This document shows, one piece after another, positions 51,133-64,000 of a stretch of DNA of 64,000 nt. Under the pieces are notes generated by a model that saw only the letters and a list, made by a program, of their open reading frames with translations, had not been told where the DNA came from and ran no database searches. The translations under genes and the position numbers were made by a program. The stretch's first letter is position 1; each line of letters opens with the position of its first letter. This stretch comes from Nymphaea colorata (lineage: Eukaryota), in assembly GCF_008831285.2 (NCBI RefSeq), contig NC_045138.2:26970001-27034000 (forward strand), written 5' to 3'.

Positions 51133-52387
51133 ACAGTACCTTGAGATTAGATGGGAAGAAAGCAGGTGAGAGGGTGTGCCTACGGTGAGACCAATTGTCC
51201 CCGTCCAGCATAAGCAAGCCATTGCCAAACAGGGATTGCCTGTCCGTTCTGAAAACAGATGGCTTGCCCCAACTCATGCTTCGATGATCACCCGCTGATA
51301 TCATCTGCTTTATCAACTCTGGCTCCGCTACGTACAAGAACGGCTCCGTGCCTATCCAGTACACGAAAACCTTTCCTGAAAAGAGAAGGAAAGAGAATTA
51401 AACAAAAAGGAACAATTACACGAGTATTACAATATGAAATATTTTGAGTATTTGGCCAACATGCGTCTTCATTTTTTGGGAGCAACAAAAGAGAAGCAGA
51501 AGGAAACAAGTCATTGTTCATTTTCCATCGAGTTGGTAATCTAAGAATGCCAATGAAATTCACTGAGACCCTTTATTCAAGTTTCGATTCTATGCGTTTT
51601 GATGCCTAAGCTTAATTTCGCTTCATCTTTGTTCTCCTAAGCCTTTGTTGTTCGAGCTCACCTTCAATTTAAATAGAACTCGCAAGTGGTAGAAGCTCAT
51701 ACATCTCAAGTTATCCATTAAATTGCACAACATTTGTGCAATTACATTTCAGAAATCAAATGTTAATGTAAGTCTTTAGCCGCCTATAATTCATGATGAG
51801 GGTTATCAACTAAGTGAGTACTGAAAAAAAAAAAACAAAGAAGAAAAAAAAAAGATGAAGGGTACTGTAACTCTGTAAGTAGGTGACGTGAATTAGATGA
51901 CCAAGTGAGTGAAATGTTTCATTTCCATGCTAATGAAAATGACCTAAGAGTTCATGAACTTGCTTCCAGGACGTATTACCAAACACTTGGAAAGATCTAA
52001 GTTACTGAAACTGAAAAAAGATCTTCATCTCAAGCTCATGGGGAATTAGGAATATTAGACAGATGGTGCACACAATGGTGCTGCTGCTATGCTGAACTTA
52101 CCAAATGCTTTCCGCCACTCCGCAAAGTGAGGGAAGAGCAAGGGATGAATGTCATGGGTTATTAGGGACATTGGGGAGCCATGGACGACTGTGCTGCGGG
52201 CAAGCTTCCTCATGGTCGAGATATTACCGAGAGGGAAAGATGGTGATGGCCCTCTCAGCCCATTCCTCTCGAGAACTCTCCTCACTATCAAAGGACGAAC
52301 AAAACACCTATAGAGGACAGCGCCACAAACGCAGAGGAGGAAGCAAACAGGAGCCATGATAAGGCTCAGAATCTGCACGAATTCCAT
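49817..52387 (-). CDS. CYP715: Cytochrome P450, CYP72 clan, most like CYP715
   Basis: 4 exons: 52387-52102, 51375-51140, 50985-50368, 50266-49817 (529 aa). N-terminal membrane anchor; YWIGTEPFLY...SWGKPSVFRTDRQSLFGNGL resembles CYP715; I-helix DECKTFIFGGHETT, EVLR, PERF and heme motif FGLGARTCVG. Family call is from recalled motifs, not a search. Confidence 0.88.
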
Positions 52388-52474
52388 CTCCACAAGCTTT
52401 TTTACAGACTCCAAAGATTACTAACTCTTTTGTGTGTCGTCTACACTGCACCACAGGAATGCATAGAAGCTGAG

Positions 52475-52482
52475 TATTTATA
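52475..52482 (-). promoter_or_regulatory. TATA box of the P450 gene
   Basis: TCTATAAATA on the minus strand about 90 bp upstream of the ATG at 52387. Confidence 0.55.
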
Positions 52483-53399
52483 GAGAGAAAAGGAGGCGTA
52501 ATGACTTCGGAAAGTACACACATGGGCAGATTTGGAGCGGAGGAATTTGACCACCGGCCGTTTCCAGAGGCGACACTGTGGGGGCAAAGACAGGCGTCTC
52601 CTGGTCTGTTTGTTCATATGGTTACTGTGTGAACGTGTCCGGATCTAATGTCTGTCAAAGACTCACTTATTCATTCTCAATATTTGGTCTCGGAGTTCAC
52701 TTCGAGCCCGAGGTTCTGAAGTGAGTCCGAATCTGGGCAGCTCTAGGGCTTTCAGCATTGCATGCATGCATTGGAATTAGGATTTTTTTCGATTCCGGAT
52801 TTGGATTTGGACATGGGAGAAGAACAACATATCTGAGTCTCAATAACTTTTGATCCTGCTGTCCAAAGTTGAGTATATGATAAATGACTAAAATGCCCCT
52901 GAACTGTAAAAAAAGAAAAAAGAAAAGAAAAATTGAAAAGTAAGCTGGTTCGGGTCCACATTCAAAAAGTGTTTCTTGATTACATCTGCTTTAAATTCAA
53001 TATTTAAAGCAGATACATAAAATAATAACATATTGTGACAGGTTGCCAAACACCTTTAAATGAACCAGTTCAAGCCAAGGCAATATAGGTTGCAAATGGG
53101 TCGGATTTGGTAGAGGGGTGTCAGTATGTTTTTTTGGCTACTTTGTATCAATTCTGATAGGCCACGCTTTATCTTATAAATAGTTCCAACTTCCAGTCTC
53201 CAGTTTGTCCTACACTTTTGGCTAATATTTTCATAAACCTTTTAGTCAATAAATTTCAGAATGATAGTTAACGTGGTGGCGCGTTTGAATTTACATTTAT
53301 TTGGCTCCCAAACGCATGGAAAGAAATGCAATATTCCAGATCCAAATGTATGCGGTGGTCATGTGGTAGTCATGTTAGTTAGTTAAATGTGATTGTCAT

Positions 53400-53920
53400 A
53401 AGTGAAAGTTGGTAGGTAGCCAGTCGCCATCTAGGATGTTTGTTGCATCAACTTTTTCTGTTAAAAAAAAAACCACTGACATGAAAGTTGAAGCATAGCA
53501 GAATCGCCACCTTAAAACATGATGGTCGTAGGCGAAGAGTGGTAGACAACCAGTTGCCGTCTCGAATGCTTGTGACATCAGCTTTTTTGCGATGCAAAAG
53601 GAGACCACATAATAGAGTCACCACCTTAAAACACCGAAAGCAGAATTACTACCTTAAAAAATGGCATGAAAGGTAGAACCTTCTTTTTTGTGCTGCAAAA
53701 GGAGACCACGAAGTCAAAGTTGAAGCATAGCAAAATCACTACCCTAAACCACCAAAAGGAGGTTTAGTACCCTAAAAAATGGCAGAAAAGGTAGAGCCTT
53801 CTTTTTTGTGCTAAAAAATGAGACCACCGACATGAAGGTTGAAGCATATAAGAATTGACACCTTCAAACACCGAAAGCGCAATTAGTATCCTAAGAAATG
53901 ACAGAAAAGTTAGAGCCTTC
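53400..53920. repeat. Degenerate tandem array, about 4 units of ~100-130 bp
   Basis: Recurring AAGTTGAAGCATA, CACCTTAAAACA and TTTTTTG(T/C)G(C/A)TGCAAAAGGAGACCAC blocks. Confidence 0.8.
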
Positions 53921-54842
53921 GACCCTCACGTTGAACATATGACCCTACCATACACTTTCTCTATATGTGATATCATATTTAATTACATTCCTTGATGGAG
54001 ACCCCTACATGTGATATCATATTTAATTACATTCGTTGATTGAGGCCCCTGAAGTTGCAACGCTAAAATTTATGCTCTCCTGAATCCTTATTTCTTCCTT
54101 TTGCTTACTGCGTGGTTGTTGCTGGAGATTTCAGTGTTATTTCGTCCATAATCAAACATTAAAGCCAAAAACAATGGCTTTTAAGTTGGTGCATCGCCAT
54201 GTTATTAGTTAATATAGCTCCATATAGTAGGACAATACATGGCGTTTTTTTTTTAAAAAAATTCTTAAGTCGATCTAAAGCATTTTGAATTAATTTTTAC
54301 AATCATAAAATAAAGAAGGCAATAATGTTTTCTACAAAATTGGCTACAAGGGCTAGTGGGTGCTCGCTTCCAAACGATTGTGTGTGATTAAAAATCAAAT
54401 CATGGTTTTATGAAAACCAAGTTTTCAAAAAGTCGGATTAAATAGGATGTGTGGATGACAAGATAAAATCTTGGAGAAAGAAAAAGATAAAAGACAAATT
54501 TTGGTGAAAAGATGGGGAAGTAGGTCTTTAAAGCCCTTTATAAAAACCAAGTTTGTTGGAACTGGATTTTATAAGATCTAGTTTTGATTTCAAAGCAAAC
54601 CTCAATTTTGAACCAAAAGTTCAATTTTGAGCTGCCATCCAATTATTTTTCATTCTTTCTTTTAATTTTTCTTGAATTCAAAAGTGATTTTGAAAAGACA
54701 TATTATCCATTGTTATCATGTCCGCTACCAATAAATGAAACCAATAATTTCAAATGGACGTTCACACCACCTTTCCTTTTTTTTTTATTCATTCTGATCC
54801 ACTTCTTAATTGAAAATGAAAAACGTCGGTTTTCGGTTGCCG

Positions 54843-55030
54843 CACTAAAAAAAACGTTAATTTTACCGACGGTTAAAACGGCTAGTAAAATTCCAAAACC
54901 GTCAGTAAACCGTTTACCGAAGGCAGGAGCGTCGATATAGATAGAGCATCGCTGAAGCTTTCAGTGATGGCCTTTCAAATCGTCAGTATATGGAACGCTT
55001 ACACTGACGGAGACCTGTGTCAGTAAAAAC
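54843..55030. mobile_element. Truncated CACTA (En/Spm) transposon end
   Basis: CACTAAAAAAAA terminus followed by direct and inverted subterminal motifs TTTACCGACGG, CCGTCAGTAAA, TTTACCGAAGG and ACTGACGG. No matching second end found. Confidence 0.65.
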
Positions 55031-56214
55031 TTTTTGCTATCAAAGAAATTCAGAAAAGTGTAAGCCAGTTTTGAAGCCGATTGTGGATCAAAGGAAGAAG
55101 GGTTTGATGAGCGCATAAGAACAAGAAATTCCGAGATGTTAGGAACAAGAAGCTGCACCACAAAGAAAGCATTGCTCATGGTTAATTTAAAATGGCTGCA
55201 ATTAACATTCTAAGTTTAAAAAAAAAAGGCAAATTTATAATCACCATTAAACATTAGTGAAGTTAAAATCTTTTCCATCTGTTCCAAAGTGTTTAATAGA
55301 ACAACATTGTATTCCTAACATACATGATCCAAAAAAATGCTAGATTCTTTTACTATGAAATATAATACGATTATAGATGTAATCTAGAATAAGATCAATA
55401 CAAATTGTCAATGTTTTCAGGAATAAGAATACTGCATTTCCCCAACATACATTATAGGAATCTTTGTTCCAAAAACACAATACTCTCCTTTTCAATCATC
55501 GACAACCAGATGGACCTCCTTATCAACATTTTCAAAGAGATTAACATGTTTTGCATTCTATCTTTGAGTAAAACATGCATATTTGCCAAGTTTTATTCAT
55601 GCAAAGTCTGTTTGATTTATATCGCGAAAACTGCAAATGTCTTACAAAATCATGCATCTTTTTTCCAACATGAGCAGTTGACAGTGAAATCTGACTTATT
55701 TTCTCATCTAACAACAGCAGGAAAAGAAGATTTTTGGCTTCCACTTGTTCGATAATTAAGAAGGGCTTCAGTTTAAAAGCCTTTGACCACCGAGTAGAAA
55801 ATTCCATCTTTGCTGCGCCTTTCCGCACTTTGAAAAGAACCGAAGATCTTGGCGCCACCTGGGCGTAGTAGGGGACGATAAAAAGGTCTTTTAGAAAGTT
55901 ATATTGGCCGTTTAAACATGTCTCGAATATATCGGCTAATTTAGCCTCTGTCTGTCTCTTCGACAAATAATAAATACAGTTTTTTCTTTTGAATTTACAA
56001 GTGCTTTAAAATCGCTGATTCAAGCTGCGGCCGAAACGAAGACTATTTGATGATAAGCACGTTTTTTAGCTGAAACTTTATGCTCAAGCAGTTGGACAAT
56101 TCAATTTGATATGGGACAAGAAAACGCAATGAAACCTTCTTGACATGAGTAACACGCTTTATGCATGGGCCAAGGGAATGAAAAAAAGAAAAACTTTGTC
56201 AACTTAGATAAATA

Positions 56215-56218
<4 letters not shown>

Positions 56219-56286
<68 letters not shown>

Positions 56287-56309
56287 ATATATATATATAT
56301 ATATATATA
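56219..56309. repeat. (TA)n microsatellite
   Basis: About 90-bp TA run with one interruption. Confidence 0.95.
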
Positions 56310-56973
56310 ATCTAAAATGGGGTAGGTAAGGTAGGACACTTTTTGAGTACAGACATTTTTTTCTCTTTATAATCATATCTACTAGGTGTCAGATGTTGTC
56401 GAATGATTAGCATTTAGGGCATAGGTGGATTATGATGGTTTTATGGATAATTTATGTTTATTTTACTAATATTTTTTTTTAATTGTATTCATCCGATAAC
56501 TATATTATGCGCACAGACACACACATGCCAATCCCTACAATCAATGAAATTGATTCTTCTGGTTTCTTTTGCAAGATGCAATATTTGGAACGAGCATTTT
56601 ATGGTCGAAACTAAGGTTGAGCATTGGGCCAAACCGGTTCAAGGTTATGCAAAACTGGGCTTGAGCTGGCCTGAAGATCTTGTCGGCAGTTCAAGCCCCC
56701 CCCCCCACTTAGGTGTTGGGTTAAGTCCAACCATCAATTTTATACCCGTCAAATACTCGTTTGATATCTACTTATATTTGAAACTCTCAATATTTCATAT
56801 TTTAATATTTCAAAAACCCTTAGCCATGTGCTAAGAATTTTTAAGGGTGTCATTGGCAAGACATGAAAAGTTTCTAAGGGTGCCATCGACGACACATAAA
56901 GAGTTTGTAAATAAGTAATCGGTTGTGCACCAAAAATTTTTAAATTGGTTGATTGCTAGTGTCATATAATAAG

Positions 56974-57032
<59 letters not shown>

Positions 57033-58352
57033 GTCGAGTTGAGCCCCCAATTCCTGATTCAAGCCAGTTTGACATGACAATTTTTTTAATTGAATCGGCC
57101 CAAGTGTTAAATAACCAGTCTAAACTCGGCCCATCATGGGTAGGGTGTCCAACTACTCATCCGGTACCCAGTCCATTGCCCACCCGTATTGGGAGCTGGT
57201 AGAGAAAAATGAAATATAGGTGATTTGGTAATTTGTTAAAAGAAAAAAGTCTTTTATAGTCTTTTTACTTTTTTTTTTTATTTTTATGTTTTGTCTTTAT
57301 AAAAGGTTTTTTTTTAATGTGAACTAAGGATATTAACCATACTGCGCACAAAAATTCATGCACCAAGGCTTGCCCTTTGATGGGTCTCCCATTGCTGCAT
57401 TGTTGAAAAGACTGGATGTATACAGGAATTAAAGTGCAGCGAATCTTGATTGACTGAATATAAACCAATTTGGGCAAATGATGGGGTGGCCGGAGAAAAG
57501 TGGTGTTTTGTATTTGGTAATTGTCAAACAAGCTGGTCACCTTGAATAGAATCAAGGTCTAGGAATATCTTTATTGATGAGGCTAGAATTATGGAATTTT
57601 AAAACTAAAATTCTCATTTCTGATGAAACGATAAAACAAAAAATTTTGATTATGCAGTCATAGACTCATTCTTGAATCAAAATTCTGGAATTGTAATTTT
57701 ATCTTAACAAGTGGAATTATGATTTGCATGCCAGATGGTTTTAATTCAGCAATTCTAGAATTTTAACTCACTTTTTATCAAACACATCATTTTCAATTTT
57801 GAAATCAAAATTCTAGTCCCTCAAACACAACTATCAAAAACTAGAATTGGAATTTTCTTTCAAATTCCAATTCAAGATAGAATTTTGTTTCTAGAACTTA
57901 AATTTTAGAATCAAAGTTCAAGGCCGTCAAATGCCCCATTAGTCTGTACATACCTAGCTTCTAAATGACATGAAGACTCGAGCCCTCACCTTAGGCGTAG
58001 GGCTTAGTCTCAGTTGACCCTTCCTAAGTTTCTCTTTGTATTGTTTTGTTCTTGTTTTACACAGATGTAGCGTTATTCTTTGTTGAATAAAAGGAGGGGA
58101 GCCTAACAGTGAACTCACCTAATAGTGAGAACATGCTAATCTATGAGCACTTGGATAAAAATTAAGCATGTAGTTTTCTCTTCTCCTTTTAACTATATTA
58201 ATTGACAACAGCTAGCATGGTAGGCATGGACTTCAAGACTCCACCAAATGACGCTTCCTGTTCTATCTTCTTTGGAGAAAAAGGTGAACACTAATGGCGC
58301 TGTCGTTGATTGGGGCCGACCACTAACTTTAGTAGTCGACCACCCGCAAGGC

Positions 58353-58550
58353 GAGGGGCAGAGGGAAAGGAGGCCGCAGGGGCCTTGGCCCTTACCTCAG
58401 ATTTTAACAACTTTAAAAATTTATATGTAAATCTAAAAAATTTTAGTTTAATATATGTAAAACATTTAAATTTTTTTATTGCGGCCCCCTGTTAAAATTT
58501 TGAAACTACAATTTGACCTCTGCGACAAAAAATTCCAAGCTCCGCCCCTG
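58353..58550. mobile_element. hAT-type MITE, 198 bp, with 8-bp target-site duplication
   Basis: Ends GAGGGGCAGAG...CTCCGCCCCTG form imperfect terminal inverted repeats (TIRs). Perfect CGCAAGGC duplication at 58345-58352 and 58551-58558. Confidence 0.85.
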
Positions 58551-60545
58551 CGCAAGGCCACCACATGGCTTTAGATGGGCATCAACAGTTTTTTGGGGGG
58601 TTCATTTTCTTCTAGGAAAATATACTTTTTCATTTTTCTCAACTTAATGTCATACTAATGCATGGCATGTTTTCGGTTCAATTCTCGTGGGTGTTTCTCA
58701 TGTAGACAATCAACAATATCATACATTCCACTCATGATAATAAGGATACTTTTTCACTTTTCTCAAGTTTGTCAGCCGTGAAAGATGTACCATAACTGGC
58801 CGACTTGAGTGTCTCACAAGCACAGATTTTCAGTTCAATTCCAGTGCGCTTCTTGTCTTAGATCATAAACAGTAACATGTGTGATGCTCGAGTTGAAATG
58901 TGTATTATATGATCACTCAAGTCTCAAAGCAGCTCATAGGACGGAAGGAATGTAAGGTGACTATGCCTCTCGCAAACCGCCACCTTTTTCCAAGTTTGTC
59001 GAGGTCTCTTCTTTTCTCGTCTCTTTTGTTAGAGGATTGTTTCGGTTATTTGGTAGCATTGAATCTATATTGATAGAAAGTAGGTAAGATTGGCATGCAA
59101 CTAATTTAGCTCGGCTACAGCTCAGTTGTATAAGCCATATTGGCTTCATGTTCTACGTCAAAGATAGACAACATGTACATGTTTGTATGAGCATATGCAA
59201 GTGGTAAGCAGATCAAATGTTCAAATGTAGGTGTTTGTATGAGTATATACAAAGTAGTAAGCAACTGCCAAACACAAAAACATGTGGGTCGAACGGGAAG
59301 GTCCCCCGAGTAGTGTTTGGGAGCAAACATTCAAACCTGGTGTTTAATATGAACGGATCATGATGCACATTTTATGTAAAGATAGCAAGCCAATTTGTAT
59401 TGTTAGTAGTCAATGGCGTCTATGATTCAGTAGCGAGATGCGTCATTGACTACGTAGTTGAAGGGAAATTGAAGAATATGTGCTTATACATGATAAAAAC
59501 ATTGCAACTTGAAAAGAAAGGACAAGTGATATTCATAACGAAGAAAAAACCAAGGGAAAAGAAAACAAGGAAAAGCCAATATAATGTTCTTTATATTAAT
59601 TTCCAAATGGAAAAGGGACAAGCCAGTGAAGTGGGAAGCCCACATGCCAAAGGGAACGCGTGAATGTTTGAAAGCGTATGTGATCAGCCCATAAAGTACA
59701 ACGTCCCCACAAACACTGGATTCTAATCCAGGATATCCAGCGCTAAATTGGGATTTTTCATCCCATGATTTTGGAGTTAAAAATCCCTCTATGCTAAACA
59801 TGATTTTTTTTTTTGGAATGGGATTGCAAATTCCTGTTCAATTGATTCCAGATTTAAAATCCTGAGATTTTGGTCTTAGATTTTTATCCTGGTGCTGCCA
59901 ATTCCCAATTAATGACAAACATGCGTTTCTAAGAGTAGTTACGAACTATAGTGACAGAATAAAAGTAAATTAGAGATTCATTTCTGCTGAGAGATAGGCC
60001 CTCCCAAAGCCATTGTTACAAAGAATTGAAGGAAATATGATATCATTACAAACACACATAGAAGCTAAAATCAGCAGCAAAAAAATACATCCCTCTCAAT
60101 TCTTCTTGGAAAGAATAAAAGTAAATTAAACAACTATGCTGGTGCAACATGTGGGTAAGGCTGGGCATCGGTACCGGGTACCCGGCACGACTCATGCTAA
60201 AAAATTAAGCACCACGCTGACCCACATTGGCTCGACTAATTATCATTCAATCCAATAAGTTAATTTTAATATTTTTTATTAATATATACATAGATAATGA
60301 TATATACTATGATTAATTTTTTTATACATATTATTTTATATTTAAAATATATTTTTAAAATGTTGTGCTGTACGCTAATGAAGTCAAGGCGCCTTCTTTA
60401 CCACAGTCAAGGCGCCTTCTTTACCACTTTTGGGAGCTGAAAGTTGGCACAATTAATTTATTAGGCTGGCAAAAGTCTTCGTTCTGAGGCCACTTTTAAA
60501 GGCTCGAAGCCAACTATCGATAGTCAAAGCAATTTGCTTTGAACG

Positions 60546-60604
<59 letters not shown>

Positions 60605-62045
60605 TCCCCTAGCTAAAGTAACAAAAATTTGGAACAAGAAATCCCTTAGCTAAAGTAACAAACCGTAAGACAGAAGCAAAAGAGGAAATATACAATACAA
60701 CTTACAGAAAAAACAAAATAAGAGTGGAAGGACAGAGCGGCAACATCACTCAGCCGCAGAAAAAGGACGACACCACAGCTGAATGGCAAAATGAACATCT
60801 CCCTGTACAAGACGAGCTACAGACTCTGGCGAAGAGAAGGTGCCCCTGAAGACCCTGTTGTTGCGCTTCTCCCAAATGTGCCACCAAACTGAAAGGCGTC
60901 ACAACCTCCAAACACGACCCCAAAAAACAACCAAGTTGGGAGAAGAACAGAAAAAGAAAAGAAGACGAATGGAAGGTGAGTCTGTAAGGCTATTAACAAG
61001 GGAATGTCAGGCAGAGGCAAAAATATTAAAGAAGAAAGGACAAGATGTCAAAAGGTGGACCCGAGACTCAGCCGCGGTGAGACAGATGAGACACTGGTTA
61101 GCTAAACTGATGTCAGTGCGCTGTAAGTGGTCAAAAGTGTTGATGTGGCCAGCAAGAAAAAGCTAAACAAAAGCAATGACACAAAGAGAGGGGCCATGAG
61201 ACCAAAGGGATCGGGTTGAGAGCAATGTCACAGAAGAATCAAAAGAAGCCAGGAAGTAAAAAGAAAAGGTAAAACTCCGGGAAGGTGAAAGAGGCCAAGA
61301 AGAAGGTGTAAATGATGGAAGGTCAGCAAAACAAAGGAAAAGATGAAGGGCGGAAAGCAGGTCGCACCAAAAGTGAGAGGGAGAGATGTGAGAGATGGAA
61401 TTACTCCAAACAGTAGGGGAAGACATGCCAAATTTGGAGCAAATGAATAGGGTGATGAGAGAGTGTTCAGTTGCCAGACGCCACCACCAAGAACACAGAG
61501 AAGACTCACAAGCTCGACTAAGGTTGGTAGCCCCAGCACCCCTAAGAAGACGCGGAAAGACAACCATATCCCAGCGCGCAAGGCGATCTAAAGGCCGATC
61601 ATCAACCCAGATGAAATTACGAATGATTCTGTCAAACCTATTCAGAACAGCCACAAGAGGTCGAAAGACTGCCAGAACATGGTGGGGGACAGACGCACGG
61701 TAGTGTTTAGCAAGAGTAATACAACCTGAGAGAGAAAACAGTTTTTCTTGCCAACACTGAAAGCGATTAACAAGTTTCTGCTCCACTTCATCCCAATAGG
61801 AGGATGCAAGAGGCGACAACGTAATTTGAAAACCTAAATAATCCATAGGCAGGCCAGCAGCCTTACACCCAAAGCAAGCTTCTGCAAGAAGTATCATGGC
61901 CGGATCTGCGTAGATCAGGAAAATGTGACACTTAGAAGAATTAATAGAAAGACCCGAGGTGAGCTCAAAAACCCGAAGGATGAGCCAAGTTCTCACAATC
62001 TATTGGCAAGAAGCAGTGCCAAACAAGAGAAAGTCGTCAGCGAGC
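60605..62045 (-). mobile_element. 5'-truncated, degenerate L1-type LINE (3' half of ORF2)
   Basis: Minus-strand translation gives ADDFLLF...FELTSGLSINSSKC...MDYLG...RWDMV...GAG (reverse transcriptase), CLICLTAAESRVHLLTSCPF (zf-RVT) and WWHIWEKRNNRVF, with in-frame stops. (GA)n flanks both ends. Confidence 0.88.
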
Positions 62046-62799
62046 GAGAGAGAGAGAGAGAAGGGCCCATAAATATTTGTAGAAAAATTTGAAGGAGAAT
62101 TTCAGCCTAAGTCATGCAACCAACCATCTTAAGCATTTAAAATTCAGACCTCCTAACAGGAAGTTAGAAAAACACAAGTTAACAAACACGGGACCGTCAC
62201 ATGTTGGACCTAAGTTATTATTATGAACATCCATATCTGTTGGCATCGCTTCAATAGCGTATCATATATTCTCGTCCTTCTGTGAAAGCATATTACAAGA
62301 GATTATTTAAAGTGCCACTCAAAACTGATTAGAGACATGTTCAACTCCAAAGTTGGTGAAGTTATATCCGTGTGTGACTACATGTCACACACAAGTTCGT
62401 CGGACGCATGGTCCACCGCATCCAAAATTCTTGATATGGTGAGCAAACCATGAATATCACGTTGCTAAAATAATTTAAAATTTCCACCACCTATACATAT
62501 TTTGGCATTTGCGATCAGTGCCAATGTGAGAGTGATCAACCCGGTTAAGGAAGTGATTTCGCAGACGATTAGATGTCGCCGGGATTCTATGTCCCTGATG
62601 TGGGCCGGATCATGTCGGGATTTTATGTCCCTGCTTTGGCCCGTCGGATATCTCCTGCGTTTTCAGACACAGATCTAAGATATTCAAATAAAGTTTCTTG
62701 TCCGATTCCTTTCCGTTTTTTTGCCTCTTGACAAACGAAGCGTCCTTGGTTTCATGTGAGATTTCTAAAAGCATGTCTGGTTTATTTCTTTTTGGAAGA

Positions 62800-63650
62800 A
62801 ACAATTCCCCACAAAGAATGAATCCCTTTCATCTGCACAATTAAAGAGGAGAGATCTCCTTGGTTTGTTTAACCATCTACGCGACGCTTCATCCTCAGGG
62901 AGGAACATTTTGCAATTACCATCTTCAATTATCTTTTAGAGGATGCTTGGTAGGAAGAACAATTTTTACTCCAGTAAAAATTACTCGTGGAGGACGATGG
63001 CTCATCAAACACGATTAGATTCACCTCCCGTACTGTTGTTGGTATCAAAACGAAGGAAGAAAAAGTTGGCTTGGCTCCAGGAAGGTGCAACTTTTTTTCC
63101 TTGGTCGATGTCATTCAGACTTGAGTTACTGTAATATTGTTGTCTATGAACAGGTCGAAGTGAGTATTCCAATGACAAGCTGTGGTTCTTAGAGAGTGCT
63201 TTAGATATTGTGAACGAATACAACATGTTCGTTTCTGGGCATAACTTCTTCGGTGGTCCGAAGCCAAACTAAGATAGTTTTCTTCGCTTGCAACTTAGAC
63301 CTTCAATACGATATGTTTATATAGTTAATGGCTGTTCCCCTTTCTTCACGTATATTTTAACATTTGTTCTCTGCACCATAATTACTGTTCCACAGCTTAA
63401 TCTGTTGCCTCCTTTCTTGTAACCGATCTCGAGTTTCATGGAGAAGATCAACAGTCGCCGACTCTTGGCGAGGCCGGACAGCCTCTTTGTGATCATGCTA
63501 AACGGATTCTTCTTTATGTTGATTATCATTTGCATGGCTGGACTGACGTCAGTTACCACTGCAAAATTATCGCCACCCTCATAGACATGGCCCTGCAGCG
63601 TCGGCGGAGGTGGCAGAATAATAGGCTGGGCTGGTGGACCATCAGTTGCT
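62800..63650 (-). pseudogene. Possible degenerate coding remnant, weakly B3-domain-like
   Basis: ORFs 63317-63559 and 63005-63226 share a frame and are split by two stops. After an apparent frameshift the reading LNDIDQGKK/LHLPGAK...VNLIVFDE...FYWSKNCSSY loosely recalls B3 motifs. Inference only. Confidence 0.25.
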
Positions 63651-64000
63651 TTTTGAGCACAGGAATGAGGATTTAACTGTACATCCTAATTCGCTTATTC
63701 GTTACAAGTCATTGTTATTATTTTTGATGAAAATGGTCGAGAATACAAGATCCATTTGCATTTTTCAACCAGCGTTTGACACGCCTCGGTTTTACCTCAC
63801 TAGCTGTGTCATCACACCAAGCCCAGAGATACAATATCCATAAAAAAAATAGCAAGTTAACTTGGGATCTAAATTTATCGTAATTTTGGAAATTTATATA
63901 TTATATTGGAATAAAAGAACAGTTAACAAATAAAGAGCCCTTACCAGTCGAATTAGATACAGTGTGGTGCCCATTGTATGGATTCGAGTCATGAGAACAG

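Noticed and set aside
53400..53920. Array as CRISPR-like
   Set aside because: Eukaryotic context, the segments between repeats resemble each other, and there are no cas genes.
55541..55966. 141-aa minus-strand ORF with a CpG-rich 5' half
   Set aside because: TTG start, no recognisable motif and no clear splice structure. It cannot be supported without a search.
56612..57188. Possible hAT-like element around a (TA)n run
   Set aside because: The ends match at only about 13 of 18 positions and there is no target-site duplication.
61202..61220. Partial match to miR393 (CCAAAGGGATCG)
   Set aside because: A 12-nt match inside LINE coding sequence with no hairpin.

Overview
Flowering-plant nuclear DNA, AT-rich and full of (TA)n/(GA)n microsatellites; the species cannot be fixed from this window. 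Five intron-containing genes lie on the minus strand. They are an MSI4/FVE-type WD40 histone-binding protein (last exon is off the window), mitochondrial FtsH4, a HOTHEAD-type GMC oxidoreductase, an ALE2-family receptor-like kinase with a long Pro/Ser-rich ectodomain, and a CYP715-type cytochrome P450. I built the exon models by hand from GT/AG sites and frame continuity; all keep an open frame. Intergenic DNA holds two L1-type LINE remnants, hAT-type MITEs, a CACTA end and tandem repeats. I see no clearly new biological system. The best leads are: (1) a kinase ectodomain made of phase-1 symmetric exons, with a duplicated two-exon module whose splice acceptors have shifted in each copy; (2) a candidate two-exon small-ORF transcript on the plus strand facing HOTHEAD; (3) a LINE without a poly(A) tail sitting in a (GA)n tract; (4) a perfect 31-bp hairpin; (5) neighbouring HOTHEAD, ALE2-like and CYP715 genes.
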